Below are positions 1-10,626 of a stretch of 62,972 nt of DNA, piece by piece. The stretch lies in contig SBBC01000020.1 of NCBI GenBank assembly GCA_005239865.1, forward strand, positions 1 to 62,972, written 5' to 3'. Under the pieces are notes generated by a model. That model had not been told where the DNA came from. It ran no database searches and saw nothing but the letters and a program-made list of their open reading frames with translations. Made by a program: the position numbers and the translations under genes. The stretch's first letter is position 1. The number at the start of each line of letters is the position of its first letter. The stretch comes from Candidatus Microgenomatus auricola (GTDB taxonomy: Bacteria > Patescibacteriota > Patescibacteriia > SBBC01).

Positions 1-260
1 AGCGCGTACACCCAACCACAGTGCACATGGGGTTGTCAACAGTAAAAATCAGTAACCGACTCTGACAAGGCGGAACTGTTTAGTGCTGACTGGTTGACGC
101 AGTGGCCCTGTCCTTCGGGTATCGCTTCTTTAAGTAGGGGAGCACCCGATCGGCGCAGTGTGCTGCCCAGAGGGCGGCGGGTTTGTGGCGCGAGTGTAAA
201 TGAAAATTAGCAATACGTGCCATGTGCAGTGATTCGATTGGTCGGGGTTGGTGGACGACG

Positions 261-989
261 TTAGAACCTGGGTACAGGAGAATGGTTCTCTTCCTCTACC
301 GATAACGATGGCCCTCCAGTTACCTTCGGAGGTTGTGGCATTGGCGGCGTGATTGTTGGGGGCACTAACAGCTGGCCCGAACCACCAGCGTTCCTGCCTG
401 GCTGCTGACCGATCATGGGTTGAATAGGAATAACCTTCGCTCCGGTCGGGAAAAGCGATGGTTCAATTCGCGTCACAAGTCCCCACTGCTCTGCTTCTTG
501 GGGTGTAAGCGTCGTCCGATCGTGCATTGCTTTTCGAATGCTCCTTTCATCCTTTTTCCCTGCTGAAGCAATGACGCGCGCAATATTTGCCGAGTCTGTT
601 TTTACAGTACTGACCACTTCATCAAGTTGCAACTCTTCCATTCGCGCCCCTTGTGGGAAATTGGCCGCGACACCGTGTAATAGAAATCGGGCGTTGGGTA
701 CAGATAATCTCTCACTACCAGCGCAGAAAAGAATTACTCCGATGGAATCTACTTGACCAAAGTTATGAGTGATTACTTTGATCGGAGCACCTCTCAGATA
801 GTTATAGATTGACAATCCATGGAACACGGAGCCGCCTGGCGTAGAAAGTAGTAGGTGCAGTGTTTTAATTCCGCTAGTAATCGCCTGATCAATAATTTGC
901 ATAAGATATGCAGCACTAAAATCATCAACTCCAGCGAAGAATTTTATGTAGAGATCCTGAGGAGATGATGGCTGTTCCTTACCTTCCAT
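261..989 (-). CDS. ClpP-family (S14) serine protease-like protein
   Basis: ORF 261..1055. ClpP-like blocks are LSTPGGSV, a candidate nucleophile Ser in GQVDSIG and a His in RFLLHGV. Start trimmed to MEGKEQ (989) because the longer ORF overlaps gene 1030..1362. Visibly lower GC than the rest of the window. Confidence 0.65.
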   Translation of the reverse strand: MEGKEQPSSPQDLYIKFFAGVDDFSAAYLMQIIDQAITSGIKTLHLLLSTPGGSVFHGLSIYNYLRGAPIKVITHNFGQVDSIGVILFCAGSERLSVPNARFLLHGVAANFPQGARMEELQLDEVVSTVKTDSANIARVIASAGKKDERSIRKAMHDRTTLTPQEAEQWGLVTRIEPSLFPTGAKVIPIQPMIGQQPGRNAGGSGQLLVPPTITPPMPQPPKVTGGPSLSVEEENHSPVPRF

Positions 990-1029
990 ATCGTTAGCAA
1001 CCAATTTATTTACTGTAAGCGCCGCTTTT

Positions 1030-1362
1030 CTAAGTATACAGACGTGAGAATACAAACGTCGCTGCGATAACCGATAGGATGAAGACTATTAGGTCAGATG
1101 GAAACCAACTAAAATAAGCTTTTCGTTCTTCATCACTTTCAAAATCTTCATGCTTTGGAGAAAAGGGAAAGAATATCCACATTGAGAATATGGCTAGAAG
1201 GTAGATGCCAAAGCCCGCGAGAACAGAATTTAGAATAACATTGGCCAACTTTGAAACATAATCGCCCACATCATTAGAATCAAACCCTAACATAGTCAGA
1301 GTAGCCACCAAAACAGAGAAGGTCGGGAGGAGATATTTATGTCTCGTGAATAGAGCTTTCAC
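1030..1362 (-). CDS. small integral membrane protein, unknown function
   Basis: 110-aa ORF with about 3 hydrophobic helices, co-oriented with the ClpP-like gene, lower GC. Confidence 0.45.
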   Translation of the reverse strand: MKALFTRHKYLLPTFSVLVATLTMLGFDSNDVGDYVSKLANVILNSVLAGFGIYLLAIFSMWIFFPFSPKHEDFESDEERKAYFSWFPSDLIVFILSVIAATFVFSRLYT

Positions 1363-1505
1363 AATGGTGACGCTTTTTTAATGGGTTCAAGTGTCTATGT
1401 GGAGACCACACCGAATGTTTGAACTCTTCTTCGGTTAATATCCACCGGGCTGAAGTGGTGATTTTGGTAATCTTGTTTCACTTGGTCGGCGTAGAAGAAC
1501 TCGAA

Positions 1506-3266
1506 CTACGGCCCCAACTTCCTGTCCCGAATTTCTTTTACCAACCGCTCAACAAACGACTTCTTCGCCATCACGCTGACCGTTTTCTTGCCACGAACGC
1601 GGACGTGGAGCTTTGTTGATTTTGTTTCCTTGTCACCAATCACCAGCATGTACGGGACTTTCATTTTCTCGGCTTTGCGGATTTTGTAGCCGACCGTTTC
1701 ATTGGCGTCGTTCACGTGTGTGCGAATACCTGATTCGTTTAGGGTCTTGGAGAGTTTCATGCTCGGCTTCACGTGCCGTGAACCAACCGGAACGATGGCG
1801 ACTTGCACTGGCGCCAGCCAGGTCGGCAGCCGTCCGGCCAGGTGCTCGATCATGATGCCGATGAAGCGCTCGAACGAGCCAAAAATGGCGCGGTGGATGA
1901 CAACGGGGCGCTGCTTCTTCCCGTGCTCGTCTGTGTACTCGACGCCGGGCAGGCTCGGGACCATGACGAGGTCTGCTTGGATCGTGCAGAGCTGCCAGCG
2001 GCGGCCGAGGGAATCCGTGACGTCAATGTCTATCTTCGGCGCGTAGAACGTCCCTTCTTTCGGTTTCTCTTTGTACTCGAGCTTGTTCGCGCGGAGTGCT
2101 TGGGCGAGCGCTTCTTCCGCTTCTTTCCACCGTTTTGGGTCACCCATCGCATCATCGGGTTTTGTTGAGAGGTAAAAGCTCGGCGTAAACCCGAAGATCT
2201 TATAGATCGTTTTCGAGAGCTTCAGGAGGTTCGTGATCTCCGTTTCGAGTTGGTCGGGGCGGCAGTAGATATGGCAGTCGTCCTGCGTGATCTGCCGAAC
2301 GCGGAAGAGTCCGCCGAGCGTGCCGGAGAGTTCATTGCGATGGATTCGACCGATTTCCGCCAAACGAATCGGCAGGTCGCGGTAGCTGTGCGCTTTGACC
2401 GCGAAGATCACGGCTGACTCCGGACAGTTCATTGGCTTCAAGAAGAATTCTTCGCCCTTGCCCTCGACGCGGAACATGTTGGTCCGGTAGTGCTTGAGGT
2501 GGCCGGATCGGGCGAACAGCTCGGGCTTGACCATCAGCGGAGTTTGCACTTCTTGGTAACCGGCCGGAACCAGGTAATCACGCAGCAGTTTTTCCAGTTC
2601 GTTCCATACGACCATGCCATTGGGGTGCCAAAAGACCGCGCCGGGCGCGACCGCGTCAAAGCTGAACAGGTCGAGTTCCTGCCCAAGCTTGCGGTGATCA
2701 CGCGCTTCGGCTTCTTCTAGCACTTTCAGGTGGTGTTCGAGCTCGGGTTTGGTGGCAAAAGCCAGGCCGTAGACGCGCTGGAGCATCGGCTTCGATGAGT
2801 CGCCGCGCCAGTAAGCGCCAGCCACTTTGGTGAGCTTGAAGGCCTCGGGATTGATCTCGGACGTATTCTCGACGTGTCCGCCGCGGCAGAGGTCGACGAA
2901 TTTTCCGATTCGGTAGAAGCTGATGGCGGCGTTTTGCTTTTTCAGTTCATCAAACAGTTCGCGCTTGAACGGATTGCTGGCCAAGCGGCGGTCGGCCTGT
3001 TCAAGCGACGAGGCGTTGACTTGCGCCATGGTCAGTTTTTGCTGGACGAGTTCGCGCATTCGTTTCTCGAACTTTTGGAGGTCCTGAACAGTCAACGGCC
3101 GGTCAACCTTGAAGTCATAGTAAAAACCGTGCTCAATGGTCGGACCGATCGCCGGTTGGGCTTCAGGGAATTGTTCAAGCACCGCTTGCGCCAGCAGGTG
3201 GCTCAAGGTGTGGCGGATGCGATCAAGGATGTCAGGCTGGGGTTGGTGTGCCATACGGAACGCCAA
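1506..3266 (-). CDS. thrS: threonine--tRNA ligase (no N-terminal TGS domain)
   Basis: 586 aa. HTLSHLLAQAV editing-domain motif near the N-terminus, HRKLGQELDLFSF, class II motif 2 FRVRQITQDDCHIY, motif 3 GSFERFIGIMIEH, C-terminal anticodon-binding domain. Confidence 0.95.
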   Translation of the reverse strand: MAFRMAHQPQPDILDRIRHTLSHLLAQAVLEQFPEAQPAIGPTIEHGFYYDFKVDRPLTVQDLQKFEKRMRELVQQKLTMAQVNASSLEQADRRLASNPFKRELFDELKKQNAAISFYRIGKFVDLCRGGHVENTSEINPEAFKLTKVAGAYWRGDSSKPMLQRVYGLAFATKPELEHHLKVLEEAEARDHRKLGQELDLFSFDAVAPGAVFWHPNGMVVWNELEKLLRDYLVPAGYQEVQTPLMVKPELFARSGHLKHYRTNMFRVEGKGEEFFLKPMNCPESAVIFAVKAHSYRDLPIRLAEIGRIHRNELSGTLGGLFRVRQITQDDCHIYCRPDQLETEITNLLKLSKTIYKIFGFTPSFYLSTKPDDAMGDPKRWKEAEEALAQALRANKLEYKEKPKEGTFYAPKIDIDVTDSLGRRWQLCTIQADLVMVPSLPGVEYTDEHGKKQRPVVIHRAIFGSFERFIGIMIEHLAGRLPTWLAPVQVAIVPVGSRHVKPSMKLSKTLNESGIRTHVNDANETVGYKIRKAEKMKVPYMLVIGDKETKSTKLHVRVRGKKTVSVMAKKSFVERLVKEIRDRKLGP

Positions 3267-3372
3267 GAAGCAACGCTCTAAGTCTAGCGCGTCTGCTCGA
3301 TCTTGGCTACTCCAAGCACCCGTCCCTTGACCTGGTTCACCCTTCCTCGTCGCCGGTCCGCTTGAGGAGGGG

Positions 3373-4533
3373 TTATGGGGATGATGGTTGGACGGTCACC
3401 CTGACCATGATTTGGCTTGGCAGGGAGGGGCTGCGGGTCGCCCAGAATGGCGACATCCGGACGTCGGCGCTCTTGACGCCGGGCGTGCCGAGGAGCGTCT
3501 GGAGAATCTCGGCCCGAGTTTTCCGGGTGAATTTTTCAACCGCCAAGTGGTCACTCTCCGGTTTGAGCTGGACGGTCGCGGCCACGGTCAGTTCTAGGTT
3601 GGCCGTCCCGCGGCTTTCGTTCAACGTGAGCACACGCCAGGTGGTTTGAGTGGATGATCCGGTCACGGCCTCATCTTCCGTCAGCGTCGTTTCGAGCACG
3701 GCGGCGATTTTCTTCGTCATCTCCTCGGTCTCGACCGCCACCAAGAGGGTACGCACCGACCCGGCGGTGACGAAGCTGGGGACGACCTCGCCGGGTGTGG
3801 CGTTCGACGTGAGGCTTGACGTGACCAACTTTGGGTCGCCGACGACGGTCATGCCGTCCGGCACCGGTGGAGCAGTGGTTTTAAGTTTGGCCAGGAGTTC
3901 GCGTTCGAGATCTTCCCGGGCGTCGTCAAGGAGTGCTTGGGTGACGGCAGCTTCCGAACGGGTACCGCCGGTCATGGCTTGGTTGCTCTGACCGTAGATT
4001 TGGTCCTTCAATCCTGACCACAAGGCCACGATTTCAAAGCGGTCCGGCGGGATATTGCCGGCCGCCCCTTTTTTGTCAGCTACGACTTCAGCCACGACCG
4101 AACCGCCAGCCGGTACATCGACGCGCTTCGTCGTTCGGAAAATCAGGCCGCTCAAGCTAGCCCGGAGGCGCGTGGTCGCTGCCAACGGTTGCGGTTTTGT
4201 CCACTGGTTGTAAATCGTCACGAGGCCGCGGGCGTAATCCTCGACCACCGCGCCGCTCGTCGGGACGCTCGACGAAACATTCCCCTCGATGGTCTCGAAG
4301 AGGAGTTTTCCATGAAGATCGCTGCTGCCGGCCGTCGGTTGCTCGCTGATCGTCAGCTCGACGGTCTCGCGGACCTCGCGCGGACCGAGGGTGACGACAA
4401 TCGTCGTTCGCGAAAACGAAATTAGGGCGATAGCCGCGCCGACCAGCAGTGAGATGCCAACGAAAATGAAGGTGCCGGAGCGGTACAGCCGTGAAACACG
4501 CGGATGCTGGCGCGACGACGGTTTCGTCGTCAT
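3373..4533 (-). CDS. N-terminally membrane-anchored protein, unknown function
   Basis: 386-aa ORF with one TM helix (FIFVGISLLVGAAIALI) followed by a Thr/Val-rich extracytoplasmic region. 4-bp overlap with the dnaE stop suggests co-translation. Confidence 0.6.
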   Translation of the reverse strand: MTTKPSSRQHPRVSRLYRSGTFIFVGISLLVGAAIALISFSRTTIVVTLGPREVRETVELTISEQPTAGSSDLHGKLLFETIEGNVSSSVPTSGAVVEDYARGLVTIYNQWTKPQPLAATTRLRASLSGLIFRTTKRVDVPAGGSVVAEVVADKKGAAGNIPPDRFEIVALWSGLKDQIYGQSNQAMTGGTRSEAAVTQALLDDAREDLERELLAKLKTTAPPVPDGMTVVGDPKLVTSSLTSNATPGEVVPSFVTAGSVRTLLVAVETEEMTKKIAAVLETTLTEDEAVTGSSTQTTWRVLTLNESRGTANLELTVAATVQLKPESDHLAVEKFTRKTRAEILQTLLGTPGVKSADVRMSPFWATRSPSLPSQIMVRVTVQPSSP

Positions 4534-7500
4534 GACGCTGGTGTCAGTTGGACCGCGCCGTTCCCGAGGAGCTGCTCCAGCGCGCGGAGGAGATCATCGT
4601 GCCAACGGACGAGGTAGTTCGTCGTTATCCGTCGTTCCGACGCGCCGTCCACGACCAGGACAACCTTGGCCGATCCGGGATTCCGCCGGAACAGGTCTTT
4701 CAGTTTCTGCCACAATTTCTCGTCGGCAGCGTTGGGGATGCGGACGATGATGTTGAGCGGCGTGCGTTCCTCGTGCCGGAGTTCGCGCGCGTCGTCGACG
4801 AGGATTTTCGGCGTGCCGTCCTTGTCGCTCATTTTGCCCTGGATGATGACGATCCGGTCTTCCTGCCAAGGCGCTGGGTTGGCCTTGAGAACACTCGGGA
4901 AGACGAGTACTTCGACGCTGCCGCTCGGATCCTCGAGGCGCGCGAAGAGCATGGTTTCGGCGGTCCGCGTCAGCTTCCGCTGGACCGTGGTGATGACGCC
5001 GGAGATTTTCACGCGTTGCCCCGCTTTTAGTTCGCCGAGTTTCGCGCAGGTGATGACGCCCCAGTCCGCCAGGAGTGGACTGAACGGATCGAGCGGGTGA
5101 CTCGAAACATAGAATCCGAGGAGGTCCTTCTCCCAGGTAAGCCGCTCGCGCTCGCTCGCCGGGCGGCTGGTTTTCAGGCGAATTGACGGCGGATGGGCGA
5201 CGGGGAGCATTCCAAAAATATTCATCTGTCGCTGGTGGTGTTCGCGTTCCGCGCCGCGGTTGATGTCGAGGAGTTCGCCAATGCTCTCGAGCATCTGCTT
5301 TCGCTCGCCGAAAGGGTCAAGCGCGCCGGTCTTGATGAGTGACTCGAGGGATTTACGGTTGAGGTCCTTTGATTGGACGCGTCGGAGGAAATCCTCGAGC
5401 GAGGCGTACGGCCCGTTCGCCTTCCGTTCCTCGATGATCTTTGAAACCAGCTGGTCGCCGACGTTCTTGACCGCGCCGAGACCGAAACGGATCCGCGAGG
5501 GTGCCGCGCGGTCCGAGGCGGGAACGACCGCGAACGACGAGAACGATTCATTGATATCCGGCGGGAGGACGGCCAGTCCCATTTTTTTGCACTCGTTGAC
5601 TTCGAGTGCGATCCGGTCGGTATTCGCCTGGTCGGCGGTCAGGAGAGCGGCCATGAACTCGGCGGGGTAGTTGGCTTTCGCGTAGGCGGTTTGGTACGCG
5701 ATCAGGGCGTAGCAGACGGCGTGGGCGCGATTGAATCCATAACGCGCGAAGGGCTCAATGAACTCGAAGATTTTCTCGGCCGTTTCCTTTTTCAAACCAT
5801 TATTCACCCCACCCTCGACAAATTTCTTCCTCTGTTCTTTCAGGAGTTTGGCAATTTTCTTGCCGACCGCTTTGCGAAGAACGTCAGCTTCCGCCATCGT
5901 GAAGCCGGCCAGGTCGCGGGCCATCTGCATGACTTGTTCTTGATAGACGGCCACGCCGTAGGTCTTCTCGAGGATCGGTTTCAGGCGCGGGTCGAGGTAC
6001 TTCGGCTTGTACTTCCCGTGCTTGCCGGCGATGTACTGGGGGATGAGCTCCATCGGGCCGGGGCGATACAGCGAGATCATCGCCACGATGTCCTCGAACG
6101 TCGTCGGCTTGAGTTCGCGGAGGTACCGACGCATGCCCGACGACTCAAGCTGGAAGACGCCGGTCGTCTCGCCGGCCTGGAGCATGGCGAAGGTCTTGGC
6201 GTCGTCGAGGGGCAGGCGGTCAAGGTCAAGCTTGACGCCGCGGGCGGCCTGGAGGATCTTGACCGTTCGTTCGAGAATCGTCAGGTTCGACAGGCCGAGG
6301 AAGTCGATTTTGAGAATGCCGAGATCTTCGATTGGATGGAGCGAGTATTGAGTGACGAGCATGTCGGATTCATTCGAAGCGCGTTGGACGGGGACGGTGT
6401 GCGCGAGCGGTTCCTTGGTGATGACGAATCCGCAGGCATGCTGCGAGGCGTGCCGCGCGACGCCCTCGAGTTTTTTCGCGGTGGCGAGGAGTTTCCGTCC
6501 GGCCGGATCGCGCTCGGCAATTTCCTTGAGTTCCGGTACCGTTCTCATCGCCTCGTCGAGCGAGGTAAACATCGGAATGAGTTTCGCCACCCGGTCACAG
6601 TAGTTGTACGGCAGACCGAGCACCCGCCCAACGTCGCGGATGGCGGCTCGCGCCGCCATGGTGCCGAAGGTAATGATACCAGCCACGTGGTCGTGCCCAT
6701 ATTTTTCCTGGACGTAGCGGATGACTTCGTCGCGCCGGCTGTCGGCGAAGTCGATGTCGATGTCGGGCATCGCCACTCGGTCCGGATTCAAAAACCGTTC
6801 GAACAGGAGTTCGTACGCGATCGGGTCAACGCTGGTGATATTCAGGAGGTAGGAGACGATCGAGCCGGCGGCCGAGCCGCGCCCCGGTCCGACGACGATA
6901 CCGTGCTCTTTCGCCCAGTTGACGAAATCGCTGACAATCAGGAAGTAGGGAGCAAAACCAGTTTTCGTGATGACCCGAAGCTCGTTCTCAAGTCGGGCTC
7001 TGACCTCGGCCGTCGGCTGGTCGCCGTAGCGGTGCGGCAGCGCCGCCTCGCAGAGTTTACGTAAATACTCGTTCGGCGTCTGGTTGTTCGGAACGGTAAA
7101 ATGAGGGAGGACCGTTTTTCCGAACTCAAATTCGAAGTCGACCATCTCGGCAATCTTCGCCGCCCGTTCAACCGCACCCGGAAACTCTTCGAATTTTTCT
7201 TTCATCACCTCACCCGGCAACAATGACAAGTCCTCGTTTCGCATAGTCATTCGATCGGTGTTCTGGAGCTGCTTTTTCAGGTGAATGCAGAGCAAGACGT
7301 CCTGCGCCTCGGCATCCTCCGGCTTGAGGTAGTGGCTGTCGTTCGTGGCGACGAGCGGGACATCGAGCGCCCGCCCGAACTCCGCGAGTTTTTGGTTGAC
7401 GCGGGCCAGCACCGGAAGAGACGGATGATGCTGGAGCTCGAAGGCGAAGTGCTCCCGACCGAACAACTGTCGGAATTCCCGCGCTATCCGTTCGGCTTCG

Positions 7501-7955
7501 CGATCGTTGCCGTTCGCGATGAGCGACGGGACTGGACCGTTGAGACAGCCGGAGAGACAGGTCAGTCCGCGGTGGTAGCGGGCGAGAAGCTCCATGTCGA
7601 TCCGCGGTTTGCCGTAAAATCCCTCGAGGTGCGAGGCGGTGACGAGTTTGAGAAGGTTCGTGTATCCTTCTTGGTTCTCGACGAGGAGGATCAGGTGGTT
7701 CGGGCGCTCGTCGGCGTGACCAGAACGGTCATGGCGGCTGCCGCGGGTGAAATACGCTTCGATGCCGATGATCGGTTTCAGTCCGGCCGATTTCGATTGC
7801 TGGAAGAACTCGACCGCCCCGTAGAGGACGCCGTGGTCGGTCAGGGCCAGGCCAGTAAGCCCGATCTCGCGCGCATGGACGACTAACGCGTCTATCCGCG
7901 GCAGTCCATCGAGCAAGCTGTAGTGCGAATGGGTATGGAGATTGTAGAACCGCAT
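4530..7955 (-). CDS. dnaE: DNA polymerase III alpha subunit
   Basis: PHP motif LHTHSHYSLLDG, then GRGSAAGS, PDIDIDF and a C-terminal OB fold region. ORF extends to 7976, but MRFYNLHTHS (7955) matches the usual family N-terminus. Confidence 0.95.
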   Translation of the reverse strand: MRFYNLHTHSHYSLLDGLPRIDALVVHAREIGLTGLALTDHGVLYGAVEFFQQSKSAGLKPIIGIEAYFTRGSRHDRSGHADERPNHLILLVENQEGYTNLLKLVTASHLEGFYGKPRIDMELLARYHRGLTCLSGCLNGPVPSLIANGNDREAERIAREFRQLFGREHFAFELQHHPSLPVLARVNQKLAEFGRALDVPLVATNDSHYLKPEDAEAQDVLLCIHLKKQLQNTDRMTMRNEDLSLLPGEVMKEKFEEFPGAVERAAKIAEMVDFEFEFGKTVLPHFTVPNNQTPNEYLRKLCEAALPHRYGDQPTAEVRARLENELRVITKTGFAPYFLIVSDFVNWAKEHGIVVGPGRGSAAGSIVSYLLNITSVDPIAYELLFERFLNPDRVAMPDIDIDFADSRRDEVIRYVQEKYGHDHVAGIITFGTMAARAAIRDVGRVLGLPYNYCDRVAKLIPMFTSLDEAMRTVPELKEIAERDPAGRKLLATAKKLEGVARHASQHACGFVITKEPLAHTVPVQRASNESDMLVTQYSLHPIEDLGILKIDFLGLSNLTILERTVKILQAARGVKLDLDRLPLDDAKTFAMLQAGETTGVFQLESSGMRRYLRELKPTTFEDIVAMISLYRPGPMELIPQYIAGKHGKYKPKYLDPRLKPILEKTYGVAVYQEQVMQMARDLAGFTMAEADVLRKAVGKKIAKLLKEQRKKFVEGGVNNGLKKETAEKIFEFIEPFARYGFNRAHAVCYALIAYQTAYAKANYPAEFMAALLTADQANTDRIALEVNECKKMGLAVLPPDINESFSSFAVVPASDRAAPSRIRFGLGAVKNVGDQLVSKIIEERKANGPYASLEDFLRRVQSKDLNRKSLESLIKTGALDPFGERKQMLESIGELLDINRGAEREHHQRQMNIFGMLPVAHPPSIRLKTSRPASERERLTWEKDLLGFYVSSHPLDPFSPLLADWGVITCAKLGELKAGQRVKISGVITTVQRKLTRTAETMLFARLEDPSGSVEVLVFPSVLKANPAPWQEDRIVIIQGKMSDKDGTPKILVDDARELRHEERTPLNIIVRIPNAADEKLWQKLKDLFRRNPGSAKVVLVVDGASERRITTNYLVRWHDDLLRALEQLLGNGAVQLTPAS

Positions 7956-8022
7956 ACGACAGAGAGCAGCGCCCACGCTTCACGCGCCACGCGCTTCGGG
8001 CGACCAGCGTTGGAACGGCGCG

Positions 8023-8313
8023 CTACTCGTTGATTTCTTCAGCCGAACGTTTTGCCCGTCGGCGCTTCCAACCGCCAACCAGTTTCGAAAGGAGTTCCGT
8101 CAGGAGCGAGAGAACGGAGACAGAATCGCCAATCCGTTCTTTGATCGACTCAAGGATTCGGCCGACCTCGTCCACCTTGTCATGGATTGCGCGGGAGGTC
8201 TGTCGCAGATCGCGGACGATGGCGATGACGTAGTAGAGGAGCCGGGCCAGAAAGGCCGTTAACACGGCGGCCGAAACGGCCAGGACGATGTAGAGAATAT
8301 CCTGCGTGGTCAT
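8023..8313 (-). CDS. small membrane-anchored coiled-coil protein (DUF948/YtxH-like)
   Basis: 96 aa with an N-terminal TM helix, then a charged helical region and a basic tail. Confidence 0.5.
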   Translation of the reverse strand: MTTQDILYIVLAVSAAVLTAFLARLLYYVIAIVRDLRQTSRAIHDKVDEVGRILESIKERIGDSVSVLSLLTELLSKLVGGWKRRRAKRSAEEINE

Positions 8314-8407
8314 GGTGGAGAGCGAAGTTTCTCTAGCCGTAGGGTATCACGCCCTTCACCGAGATGTCTAGGTTGGGAAGGACGGCCGGAAAGCGTGAGT
8401 CTGACGT

Positions 8408-9310
8408 GTGACCAGACAACCCCCGAACGGTCAATCGTCACACGTCTCGACATATGCTACACTCGAAGCAATGGCGAAGCAGTCAGAAGACATTTTTCTA
8501 CGCATCGGCTACTGGGTTGCCATCCACCGCGACCAACTCCGGACGTGGTGGGCAATTTCCATTCTGGTCGTTGATTTGCTCTTGCTCGGATATTTCATCG
8601 TCAGTTTTACGCAGTATTCATTTTCGACGACCAAGACGGTGAGCCGCATCGCTGACCTGTCCGAGCCGCTGGTCAGTCGAGCGCTCCGCACCCACCTCTC
8701 ACCAGTCGCTCTCGAGTTCGGTGAAGCGGTGGCTCTGCCGCAGGAGAGAGGGAAGTACACCTTCGTGGCGCCGGTGACGAACCCGAATTCCTCGTGGGCG
8801 GCGGTTGAGGTCCGTTACCGCTTCGTGTACGGAACGACCAGCCGTGAGGAGAAAACCACACTCCCGCCGGCCAGCGAAGGATACGTCACACAGCTCAACG
8901 TAGTCATGAAAGAGCCGCCAGCCGGAACCCGAGCGTCGGTCGAGGTCACTGGCGTGAAGTGGGAGCGCCCGAGCGACCTGATGCTCTATTCCGACGTCAA
9001 GTTTCCGTTGAGCAATCCCACCCTTCGTCCGGTGACCGGACTTAAAACCGGTGTGGCCACCCGGCTGACGGCCAACATCAAGAACGATTCTGTATATTCG
9101 TTTCGGAGTGTGCGATTCCTGGCGGTCGTGAAGAGCGGTCGGTCGGTACTAGCAGTCGGTGAGGCGATTGTTGAGCGATGGCCGGGGCTCGAGGAACGCT
9201 CGATCGAGGTGACCTGGCCGTCGTCACTGCCGCTCGACGCCGAGGTAAGGGTTGAGCCGGTGCTGAACCTGCTCGACCGCGGCGTCTATCTGTCAAACAA
9301 CGCTCGATGA
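8408..9310 (+). CDS. membrane-anchored protein, unknown function
   Basis: 300-aa ORF with a TM helix (WWAISILVVDLLLLGYFIV) and a beta-rich C-terminal region. 4-bp overlap with the downstream SEDS gene. Start uncertain (alternative MAKQ). Confidence 0.55.
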   Translation: MTRQPPNGQSSHVSTYATLEAMAKQSEDIFLRIGYWVAIHRDQLRTWWAISILVVDLLLLGYFIVSFTQYSFSTTKTVSRIADLSEPLVSRALRTHLSPVALEFGEAVALPQERGKYTFVAPVTNPNSSWAAVEVRYRFVYGTTSREEKTTLPPASEGYVTQLNVVMKEPPAGTRASVEVTGVKWERPSDLMLYSDVKFPLSNPTLRPVTGLKTGVATRLTANIKNDSVYSFRSVRFLAVVKSGRSVLAVGEAIVERWPGLEERSIEVTWPSSLPLDAEVRVEPVLNLLDRGVYLSNNAR

Positions 9311-10407
9311 TCCTCGGCCGGCTGACCGAACTCCTCCGCCGCCTCGACTGGGTCCTGCTTGGCGTCACGCTGCTCCTCGTGGCCGTCGGTTTGGCCGCGC
9401 TCTTCAGCATCACCCTGAACGTCGAGCAGCCGCGGATCGATAAGTTTTACCGGCAACTGCTGTCCTTTGGTCTGGGCGTAGTCCTGCTGGTGTCGGCGAT
9501 CTCGTTCGATTACCGCATGCTGCGCTCTGGCGGCTGGTTGTTCTACACGATCGGGTTGTTTCTCCTGACCGCAGTCCTCATCATCGGCGCGACCTTCCGC
9601 GGAACGACGGGGTGGTTTGCCTTTCTCGGCCAGACGTTTCAGCCGGTCGAAATCGTGAAGATCATTCTCGTCATCGTCCTGGCGCGGTATTTCGCCCAGC
9701 ATATCGACCAGGGCGCGACCTGGCGCGTCATCGGCGTGTCGGCGGCGATCAGCGCGGTGCCGGCGGTGCTGATTCTCATCCAGCCCGACCTCGGGTCGGC
9801 CCTGCTTCTGCTCGCAACCTGGTTCGGAATGCTGATGTTCCTTCGTCTGTCGTGGCGACGACTGGCCGCGCTCGTCCTGGGCGTCATCATCATCGCCTTG
9901 ATCGGGTGGTTGACGCTCCAGGATTACCAGCGTGATCGCATTCTGACCTTCCTCGATCCGGGGCGCGATCCGCTACGAAGCGGCTACAACATCCGTCAGG
10001 CCATCGTCGCCGTCGGGTCGGGACAATTCTTCGGGCGGGGGCTGGGTCTCGGTACGCAGTCGCAGCTCAACTTCCTGCCGACGCAGGACACCGATTTCAT
10101 TTTCGCCGTTGTGGCCGAAGAGTTGGGACTCGTCGGCGTGGTGCTGTTGTTATCGTTGTTCGGGATTTTTCTGTCCCGGTTCGTCCGAGGATTGCGCTCC
10201 ACCCGGGATGTCTTCGGGGCCTTCCTCTTGGCCGGACTGTTCATCCTGTTTGCGGTCGAGATCATCCTGAACATCAGCGGCAATATCGGCTTGTTGCCGA
10301 TCACCGGGACGCCGCTGCCGTTTTTGAGTTTTGGTGGCAGTGCGCTTATCTCGAGCATGATCGGCGTCGGCCTCGCCTTAGGTATTATGTCACGTTCGGC
10401 GATCTAG
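9307..10407 (+). CDS. SEDS-family peptidoglycan polymerase (FtsW/RodA)
   Basis: 366 aa, about 10 TM helices. Conserved QPVEIVKI and GSGQFFGRGLGLGTQSQLNFLPTQDTDFIFAVVAEELG blocks. Confidence 0.9.
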   Translation: MILGRLTELLRRLDWVLLGVTLLLVAVGLAALFSITLNVEQPRIDKFYRQLLSFGLGVVLLVSAISFDYRMLRSGGWLFYTIGLFLLTAVLIIGATFRGTTGWFAFLGQTFQPVEIVKIILVIVLARYFAQHIDQGATWRVIGVSAAISAVPAVLILIQPDLGSALLLLATWFGMLMFLRLSWRRLAALVLGVIIIALIGWLTLQDYQRDRILTFLDPGRDPLRSGYNIRQAIVAVGSGQFFGRGLGLGTQSQLNFLPTQDTDFIFAVVAEELGLVGVVLLLSLFGIFLSRFVRGLRSTRDVFGAFLLAGLFILFAVEIILNISGNIGLLPITGTPLPFLSFGGSALISSMIGVGLALGIMSRSAI

Positions 10408-10626
10408 CCCTGGCGGACGACTGGGAAGGTGTGGAAAACTAGGGGAGCGGACGGACCAAGATCACGATTTTGGTCATTCATCCCTGCCTAGACAGTTTAT
10501 ACAGTGATCGGATTAACCACAGCGCCACTTTTGACTGGAGACAAATTTGTATCCCCAATGGTTTTTCCTAGAGAAATCCAAGGTCGCTCTTACGATTGTT
10601 TTGATTGTTTGAAAAGCGGTGCTGGG

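Noticed and set aside
5691-7064. 457-aa ORF on the plus strand
   Set aside because: It lies entirely antisense to dnaE, which has unambiguous family motifs. Its Arg/Gly/Asp-rich, low-complexity composition is typical of shadow frames in high-GC DNA. The same reasoning removes 4548..5030, 7281..7886 and the other ORFs inside 4530-7976.
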